Positions 58,087 to 64,000 of a stretch of DNA of 64,000 nt are shown one piece after another; positions within the stretch are counted from its first letter, which is position 1, and each line of letters starts with the position of its first letter. Below the pieces are notes generated by a model, which saw nothing but the letters and a program-made list of their open reading frames with translations, was not told where the DNA came from and ran no database searches. The stretch is from an uncultured Candidatus Rokubacteria bacterium (GTDB lineage: Bacteria; Methylomirabilota; Methylomirabilia; Rokubacteriales; CSP1-6), in the NCBI GenBank assembly GCA_963758635.1, contig CAVWWD010000008.1, forward strand, positions 384,001-448,000. The letters run 5' to 3'. The translations under genes and the position numbers were made by a program.

Positions 58087-60915
58087 ATGAGCGACCAGAC
58101 GCGTACGCCGCTTCACCCCGTGGCCCGTGACCTCGACCCGCCGCGCGGCGGCCTCAAGAGCTACCCGCCGGTGGCCCGGTGGGACGACTGGGAGGAGTAC
58201 GACTCCCGCGCGTGGCCGCGCAAGGTCAAGCGGAGGTACTCGCTCATCCCCACCATCTGCTTCAACTGCGAGGCGGCGTGCGGCCTCCTCGCCTATGTCG
58301 ACACGCAGACGCTCCGCATCCAGAAGTTCGAGGGGAATCCCGAGCACCCGGGCAGCCGCGGCCGCAACTGCGCCAAGGGTCCGGCCACGCTGAACCAGAT
58401 CACCGATCCCGAGCGCATCCTGTACCCGATGCGCCGCGCGGGCGCGCGCGGAGCCGGCCAGTGGGAGCGCGTCACGTGGGACGAGGCGCTCGACGACATC
58501 GCCGGGCGCATCCGGAAGGCGCTGGTGGAGGGCCGGCCCACCGAGGTCATGTACCACCTGGGACGGCCCGGCCACGAGCTGGTGTACCTCCAGCGCGTGT
58601 TCCACGCCTGGGGCATCGACGGGCACAACAGCCACACCAACGTGTGCTCGGCCTCCGCGCGCGCCGGCTACGCGTTCTGGCACGGGGCGGACCGGCCGTC
58701 GCCGGACCACGCGAAGGCCCGCTTCATGCTGCTCCTGTCCTCCCACCTCGAGGCCGGCCACTACTTCAACCCCCACGCCCAGCGGATCGTGGAAGGGAAG
58801 ATGGCCGGGGCCAAGGTCTGCGTGGTCGACACGCGGCTCAGCAACACCGCGTCGATGGCCGACTACTGGCTGTCGCCGTGGCCGGGCACGGAGGCGGCGA
58901 TGCTGCTCGCCATGGCCCACGTGCTGCTGCGCGACGGCACGTGGGACCGCGAGTTCGTCCGGCGGTGGGTGAACTGGGAGGAGTTCCTGCGCGCGGAGCG
59001 TCCGGATGGGCCGGTCACGTTCGACGCGTTCGAGCGCGCGCTGATCGAGATCTACGCCTCGTTCACGCCGGAGTTCGCCGAGCGGGAGAGCGGGGTGCCG
59101 GCCGCTCGCATCGAGGCGGTGGCCCGGGAGATCGCGCGCGCGGGCTCGGCGTTCTCCACCCACGTGTGGCGCAACGCCGCCGCCGGCAACCTCTTCGGCT
59201 GGGAGGTGGCGCGCGCGCTCGAGCTGCTCGTGGTGATGGCCGGGGCGGTGGCCACGCCCGGCGGCACCGCGCCGAACGCCTGGAACAAGGCGGTGCCGGC
59301 GCCCCCCATGATGCCGCCCCCGGGCAAGGTGTGGAGCGAGCTCCTGATGCCGCGCGAGTATCCGCTCGCGTTCTTCGAGATGAGCTTCCTCCTCCCGCAC
59401 TTCCTCCGCGAGGGGCGCGGAAAGCTCGCCATGTACTTCACGCGGGTCTACAACCCGGTGTGGACGAACCCGGACGGCATGTCCTGGATCGAGATGCTCA
59501 CCGACGAGGCGAAGGTGGAGCGCCACGCGTGCCTCACGCCCACGTGGAGCGAGACCGCGTGGTTCGCCGACTACGTGCTGCCGATGGGCCACGCCTCCGA
59601 GCGCCACGACCTGATGAGCCAGGAGACGCACGCCGCCCGCTGGATCGGCTTCCGGCAGCCCGTCCTCCGCGTGGCGCTCGAGCGGCAGGGCAAGCGCTTC
59701 GACTGGACGTGGCAGGCGCACGAGGCGGCCGGGCTCGGCCAGGTGTGGGAGGAGGACGAGCTCTGGATCGAGCTGTCGTGGCGCATCGACCCCGACGGCG
59801 CGCTCGGCATCCGCAAGTACTTCGAGTCGCCGTACCGGCCGGGCGAGAAGCTCCGGGTCGACGAGTTCTACCGCTGGATCTTCGAGAACAGCGTGCCCGG
59901 CCTGCCCGCCGCGGCGGCCCGCGAGGGCCTCGCGCCGCTCGAGTACATGCGCAAGTACGGCGCGTTCCTGGTCCAGGACGAGGTGTACCGGACCCACGAG
60001 GCGGAGATCTCCGCGGCCGAGCGGGAGGGCTCGACGGTGGACCCGGCGACCGGGCTCGTGGCCAAGGGGGGCGCCGTCGTCGGCGTGGAGGTGGACGGCC
60101 GCCCGCGCGCCGGCTTCCCGACGCCGTCCCGCAAGCTCGAGTTCTACTCGCGGACGCTCAAGGACTGGGGCTGGCCCGAGCACGCCGTGCCGAGCTACGG
60201 GCGGAGCCACGTGCACTGGTCGGGGATCGACCGCGCCAAGGGCGAGATGCTGCTGCTCCCGACCTTCCGGCTGCCCACGCTCATCCACTCGCGCTCGGCC
60301 AACGCCAAGTGGCTCTACGAGATCTCCCACCGGAACCCGCTGTGGGTCCATCCGGAAGACGCGGCGCGCTTCGGCGTGGCCACCGGCGACCTGCTGAAGG
60401 TGCGCACGGAGATCGGCCACTTCGTGGATCGCGTCTGGGTCACGGAGGCGATCCGCCCCGGCGTCGTCGCGTGCTCGCACCACCTGGGGCGGTGGCGGCT
60501 CAAGGAGGACACGGGCGGCGCGCGCTGGGCCACCGCCCTCGTCGACCTCCAGCGCGAGCAGGGCACCCGCTGGCGCCTGCGTCACGTCCACGGCATCACG
60601 CCGTTTCCGAGCGCGGACCCCGATTCCGAGCGCGTGTGGTGGCAGGACGCGGGCGTGCACCAGAACCTCACGTTCCCCGTGCACCCCGATCCGGTGAGCG
60701 GCCAGCACTGCTGGCACCAGAAGGTGTGGGTGAGCCGGCCCGACGCCGACGACCGCTACGGCGACGTGGTGGTCGACACCGAGCGGTCGCACGAGATCTA
60801 CCGGCAATGGCTCGCCATGACGCGCCCGGCCCCGGGGCCCGGCGGGCTCCGGCGCCCGCTCTGGCTGCCGCGCGCCTTCAAGCCGGACGCCTCGGCCTAC
60901 CGTCTGGACGGTTGA
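58087..60915 (+). CDS. Molybdopterin oxidoreductase catalytic subunit (DMSO reductase superfamily; Psr/Soe/Sre-like), no Tat signal
   Basis: CFNCEAAC...CAKG (FS0), RILYPMRR, WDEAL, SHTNVCS, SETA.FADYVLP, TPSRKLEFYS and HPEDA. Confidence 0.9.
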   Translation: MSDQTRTPLHPVARDLDPPRGGLKSYPPVARWDDWEEYDSRAWPRKVKRRYSLIPTICFNCEAACGLLAYVDTQTLRIQKFEGNPEHPGSRGRNCAKGPATLNQITDPERILYPMRRAGARGAGQWERVTWDEALDDIAGRIRKALVEGRPTEVMYHLGRPGHELVYLQRVFHAWGIDGHNSHTNVCSASARAGYAFWHGADRPSPDHAKARFMLLLSSHLEAGHYFNPHAQRIVEGKMAGAKVCVVDTRLSNTASMADYWLSPWPGTEAAMLLAMAHVLLRDGTWDREFVRRWVNWEEFLRAERPDGPVTFDAFERALIEIYASFTPEFAERESGVPAARIEAVAREIARAGSAFSTHVWRNAAAGNLFGWEVARALELLVVMAGAVATPGGTAPNAWNKAVPAPPMMPPPGKVWSELLMPREYPLAFFEMSFLLPHFLREGRGKLAMYFTRVYNPVWTNPDGMSWIEMLTDEAKVERHACLTPTWSETAWFADYVLPMGHASERHDLMSQETHAARWIGFRQPVLRVALERQGKRFDWTWQAHEAAGLGQVWEEDELWIELSWRIDPDGALGIRKYFESPYRPGEKLRVDEFYRWIFENSVPGLPAAAAREGLAPLEYMRKYGAFLVQDEVYRTHEAEISAAEREGSTVDPATGLVAKGGAVVGVEVDGRPRAGFPTPSRKLEFYSRTLKDWGWPEHAVPSYGRSHVHWSGIDRAKGEMLLLPTFRLPTLIHSRSANAKWLYEISHRNPLWVHPEDAARFGVATGDLLKVRTEIGHFVDRVWVTEAIRPGVVACSHHLGRWRLKEDTGGARWATALVDLQREQGTRWRLRHVHGITPFPSADPDSERVWWQDAGVHQNLTFPVHPDPVSGQHCWHQKVWVSRPDADDRYGDVVVDTERSHEIYRQWLAMTRPAPGPGGLRRPLWLPRAFKPDASAYRLDG

Positions 60916-61096
60916 GTGGGGCGGGCGTTGCGCCGCGCGGCGGTCGGCTGAGCCTGTTCGCGCTACGATGCGGGGTGTGCCCTCGGCGGCGTCGGAGGAT
61001 GCGCTCGCAGAGAGGTCGCGTGCTCGCAGGGGCGCGGTGTGGCCCGCGTGGTGGCTTCAGGATGCGTAGCGTCGAAAATGTGACAGGAGGCCTCGC

Positions 61097-61630
61097 ATGA
61101 GGAGAGGCAGGAAGACCAGGATGAGCCGGCGCGCGCTGCTGGGCGGCGCCGTGTCGGCGGGCCTCGCCGTCGCGGCGGGCCCCGTGGTCGTGCCCGGCCG
61201 CGCGCGGGCGCAAGCGCCGGCGCCCGCGCCGGGGCAGGGCACCCTCGCGCATCTCGGGCCCGAGGAGCCGGTGGACATCACGATGAAGCGGCTCTTCGGC
61301 GCGCGGGCGATCAAGCCGGCGGGCGAGGCGGTGAAGCTCGAGCTGCCGCTCATCGCCGAGAACGGCGCGGTGGTGCCGGTGGCGGTGGAGGTGACCGCGC
61401 CGATGACGCCCGCCGCCTACGTCAAGAGCGTGTACATCGTCTCCGACAAGAACCGGCGGCCCATGAACGCGAAGTTCAACCTGACGCCGGCCATGGGCCA
61501 GGCCTACGTGGCCACCAACCTCCGGCTCGGCGAGAGCACCGACGTGCGCGCCATCGCCGAACTGAGCGACGGCACGCTCCTCATGGCCCGCCGCGAGGTG
61601 AAGGTCACCGTCGGCGGGTGCGGCGGCTGA
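61097..61630 (+). CDS. soxY: Sulfur carrier SoxY
   Basis: Tat-like SRRALL, P.IAENGAVVPV and C-terminal VTVGGCGG. Confidence 0.95.
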   Translation: MRRGRKTRMSRRALLGGAVSAGLAVAAGPVVVPGRARAQAPAPAPGQGTLAHLGPEEPVDITMKRLFGARAIKPAGEAVKLELPLIAENGAVVPVAVEVTAPMTPAAYVKSVYIVSDKNRRPMNAKFNLTPAMGQAYVATNLRLGESTDVRAIAELSDGTLLMARREVKVTVGGCGG

Positions 61631-61709
61631 TGACCCTCGCAGGGTACGGTAACCGCCACGGGCCTCTACAGTCCCCACCGCCCGGCATCAGTCTGATGCG
61701 CGCGGCTCA
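61631..61709 (+). mobile_element. 79-bp MITE-like element, family C, between soxY and soxZ
   Basis: TGACCCTCGC...GCGCGGCTCA, homologous to the 35.6 and 39.6 kb copies; directly follows the soxY stop. Confidence 0.75.
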
Positions 61710-61726
61710 CTAGGCGGAGGGTGCAC

Positions 61727-62056
61727 GTGACGGACATCGGGCGCGTCCGCATCCGCATCCCGAGCAGCGTCAAGGCCGGCGAGATCGTGAAGGCCCGCGT
61801 GCTCGTCCTCCATCCGATGGAGATCGTGCAGCGGAAGGACGGCAAGGTCGTCGACAAGAACTACCACTTCATCAACCGCGTGATCGTGACCTACCTCGGC
61901 CGGCCTCTCGCCGAGTTCGAGACCACGCAGTCGATCAGCGAGAATCCGTTCTTCGCGTTCGCCTTCCGGGCGACCGATCCGGGCGTCCTGAAGGTCACCT
62001 TCCTCGACACCCACGGCGGCCGGTTCGAAGGCACGGTGGACGTCAAGCTCGCGTGA
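61727..62056 (+). CDS. soxZ: SoxZ
   Basis: HPME, HFI and SISENP.F.F; follows soxY. Confidence 0.9.
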   Translation: MTDIGRVRIRIPSSVKAGEIVKARVLVLHPMEIVQRKDGKVVDKNYHFINRVIVTYLGRPLAEFETTQSISENPFFAFAFRATDPGVLKVTFLDTHGGRFEGTVDVKLA

Positions 62057-62066
62057 CGGCCGCGTC

Positions 62067-63497
62067 ATGAGGGCGCACACCCCCTCCTCCGGAGCGTCAG
62101 GGCCGACCGGTGACACGGGGCCGGCGTGGGCGACGGGGCCGACCGCTTCCGCCGGACCGAGGGCCGGCCTCCGGGCCGCCGGCGCCGTGGTGGCGGTCGC
62201 CGTGCTCCTCGGCGGCGGGTGCGCGGGCGATGCGCGCGCTCCGGAGCGAGCGGCCACCCCGGCCACCGTCGTCGCCGCGGCGCCCCCACGCCCCACGCCC
62301 TGGGTGACCCGCGCGATCCCCGAGGCCCGCGGCACCATCCGCGCCGGGGCCGACGGCAAGCGAGAGGCGCTCCGCTACCGGGGCTGGACCACCCAGGACT
62401 TCGGCGCGTTTCGCACGTACGCGTACGACGACGCCCGGCCCGAGCCGCCGGCGGCGCGCGGGCCGATGCCGAAGATCGCCGGCGATCCGGGGATCGGGCG
62501 GCGGCTCTTCCTCGACCGGAACCGCGGCCCGTGCACGGGCTGCCATCTCATCCGCGGCGACGACGTGTGGCCGGCGGGCAGCGTGGGCCCGGACCTCTCC
62601 ACGGTGGGGGACCGGGGCCTCACCGACGCGTACCTCTTCGACATGATCTACGACCCGCGTCACGTCTTCCCGAACACCACGATGCCGCCGTGGGGCGCCC
62701 AGCACGTGTTCACGCCCGTCGAGATCGTGCACCTCGTCTCGTTCCTCCAGACCGAGAAGGGGCCGCTGCCCGTCGAGAAGGACGCCGAGCGCAACCCGGC
62801 CACGCGCGCCCGGCCCGTGGGCTTCGGGGACAACCTGGATCCCACCAACAACCCCGCCGTGCTCCGCGCCGAGGCGGCCGAGGAGACGTGGGCGCGGAAG
62901 GGGCCGGCCGGGAAAGCCTGCGCCGACTGCCACGCCGGGGGTCCTCCGGCATCGATGCGGGGCGTCGCCACGCGCTACCCCGCCTACGTGCCGGCCGAGC
63001 GTCGGGTCATGAGCATCGAGGACTTCCTCTCCGTGCACGGGCCGGCCCGGACGGGCGAGGCGTTCCCGGCGCAGAGCCGGGAGAACCTCGACCTGACCAT
63101 GCTGATCAAGATGGCGTCGAACGGCATGCCCGTCACGCTCGACCTGTCGAGGCCCGAGACGCAGGCGGCCGTCGCCCGGGGCCAGCGGAGCTTCGAGCGG
63201 CGCGTGGGCCAGCGCAACCACGCGTGCGCGGACTGCCACACCACGGGCAAGGGCGCGGACAAGTTCCTCGGCGGTCGCCTCCTCGCCAACGTCGACGTCG
63301 GGCTCACGCGCCACTTCCCGACGTGGCGGACCAGCCAGGGCGACGTGTGGGACATGCGCCGCCGCATGCAGTGGTGCATGACGCCGCTCGGGATGAACAT
63401 GCTCGCCGCCGACGCGGTGGAGTACGCGGAGCTGGAGCTCTACCTCGCCACGTTCGACCAGGGGAAGCCCCTGAGCGTCCCCGGCATCCGCCACTGA
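62067..63497 (+). CDS. soxXA: Fused SoxX-SoxA triheme cytochrome c (start uncertain)
   Basis: SoxX part: GPCTGCH, GSVGPDLS, MPPWG. SoxA part: NPA, CADCH, RYP, RVGQRNHACADCH, FPTWR, RMQWC, ELELYL. Confidence 0.85.
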   Translation: MRAHTPSSGASGPTGDTGPAWATGPTASAGPRAGLRAAGAVVAVAVLLGGGCAGDARAPERAATPATVVAAAPPRPTPWVTRAIPEARGTIRAGADGKREALRYRGWTTQDFGAFRTYAYDDARPEPPAARGPMPKIAGDPGIGRRLFLDRNRGPCTGCHLIRGDDVWPAGSVGPDLSTVGDRGLTDAYLFDMIYDPRHVFPNTTMPPWGAQHVFTPVEIVHLVSFLQTEKGPLPVEKDAERNPATRARPVGFGDNLDPTNNPAVLRAEAAEETWARKGPAGKACADCHAGGPPASMRGVATRYPAYVPAERRVMSIEDFLSVHGPARTGEAFPAQSRENLDLTMLIKMASNGMPVTLDLSRPETQAAVARGQRSFERRVGQRNHACADCHTTGKGADKFLGGRLLANVDVGLTRHFPTWRTSQGDVWDMRRRMQWCMTPLGMNMLAADAVEYAELELYLATFDQGKPLSVPGIRH

Positions 63498-63521
63498 CCC
63501 GCGGCCGCGGAAGGTGAACCG

Positions 63522-64000
63522 ATGGAGGTGACGCGGCGCGACCTCCTCGCCCTCGTCGCGGCGGGCGGAGGCCTCGCCGCGGCCGGCCGCGCCGCGGCCG
63601 CGCTCGAGCCGGACCGCGCGCTCGAGTTCCAGGCGCTCGGCAACGTCACGCTGCTCCACATGACCGACTCCCACGCGACCCTCCTGCCCGTGCACTACCG
63701 CGAGCCCGACCTGCGCATCGGGATCGGCGACGAGGCGGGGACGCCGCCGTTCTCCACCGGCGCGGCGTTCCTCCGTGCCTACGGCATCGCGCGGGGCTCG
63801 GCGGCGGCCCACGCGCTCGCGCACCTCGACTTCGAGGCCCTGGCCGCGCGGTACGGGCGCATGGGAGGCTACGCGCACCTCGCCACGCTGGTCGGCCGCA
63901 TCCGCGCCGAGCGGCCGGGGCGCACGCTTCTCCTGGACGGCGGCGACACGCTCCAGGGCTCGGCGACCACGCTCTGGACGCGCGGCGCCGACATGGTGCG
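63522..64000 (+). CDS. soxB: Thiosulfohydrolase SoxB (3' truncated by window edge)
   Basis: Own translation: MEVTRRDLL (Tat)...GNVTLLHMTDSHATLLPVHYREP...YGRMGGYAHLATLV...LLDGGDTLQGS. Confidence 0.93.
   Translation, partial: MEVTRRDLLALVAAGGGLAAAGRAAAALEPDRALEFQALGNVTLLHMTDSHATLLPVHYREPDLRIGIGDEAGTPPFSTGAAFLRAYGIARGSAAAHALAHLDFEALAARYGRMGGYAHLATLVGRIRAERPGRTLLLDGGDTLQGSATTLWTRGADMV

Noticed and set aside
13527..60807. Many long antisense or alternate-frame ORFs (e.g. 13527..16517-, 19508..22999-, 30713..33646+, 57526..60807-)
   Set aside because: They are Arg/Gly/Pro/Ala-rich shadow ORFs overlapping well-supported genes, as expected at this GC content.
60916..61096. Possible ncRNA or riboswitch upstream of soxY
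   Set aside because: No recognisable conserved motif or convincing structure by eye; an Rfam search would be needed.

Overview
This 64 kb window is very GC-rich bacterial chromosomal DNA. The gene content and repeat style suggest a Rokubacteria/Methylomirabilota-like lineage, but that is inference only. About 15 single-base frameshifts are scattered through otherwise intact genes, most likely from an unpolished long-read assembly. Main blocks: (1) 1-23 kb, mixed metabolism: class III nucleotide cyclase, two beta-hydroxyacid dehydrogenases, a large DUF748/AsmA-like gene, a tungsten AOR operon (Fe-S subunit, FAD subunit, AOR, MoaD), copC plus two copD-like paralogs, and a 2OG-Fe(II) oxygenase/malate synthase pair. 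(2) 23-50 kb, a bidirectional hopanoid supercluster (shc, hpnH, hpnG, hpnA, hpnD, hpnN, hpnM/mlaC, mlaEFD, ispH) interleaved with an inositol-phosphate head-group module: ino1, two nucleotidyltransferases, two CDP-alcohol phosphotransferases, HAD phosphatase, Gfo/Idh/MocA dehydrogenase, class III aminotransferase, and an ATP-grasp protein with an ITPK1-like D-x-N motif. This is the best candidate for an undescribed system, a possible (amino)inositol-phosphate-modified hopanoid or lipid pathway. (3) 50-53 kb, an EF-G paralog and thrC. (4) 53-64 kb, sulfur oxidation: flavocytochrome c, TauE, a cytoplasm-type molybdoenzyme with a fused Fe-S/NrfD partner, soxY, soxZ, fused soxXA and partial soxB. 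At least four families of short dispersed palindromic or MITE-like repeats sit at gene junctions and supply start codons, stop codons or in-frame peptide. A 55-bp tandem array between mlaF and mlaD reads as a chain of coupled mini-ORFs. No CRISPR array, rRNA, tRNA or transposase was recognised.
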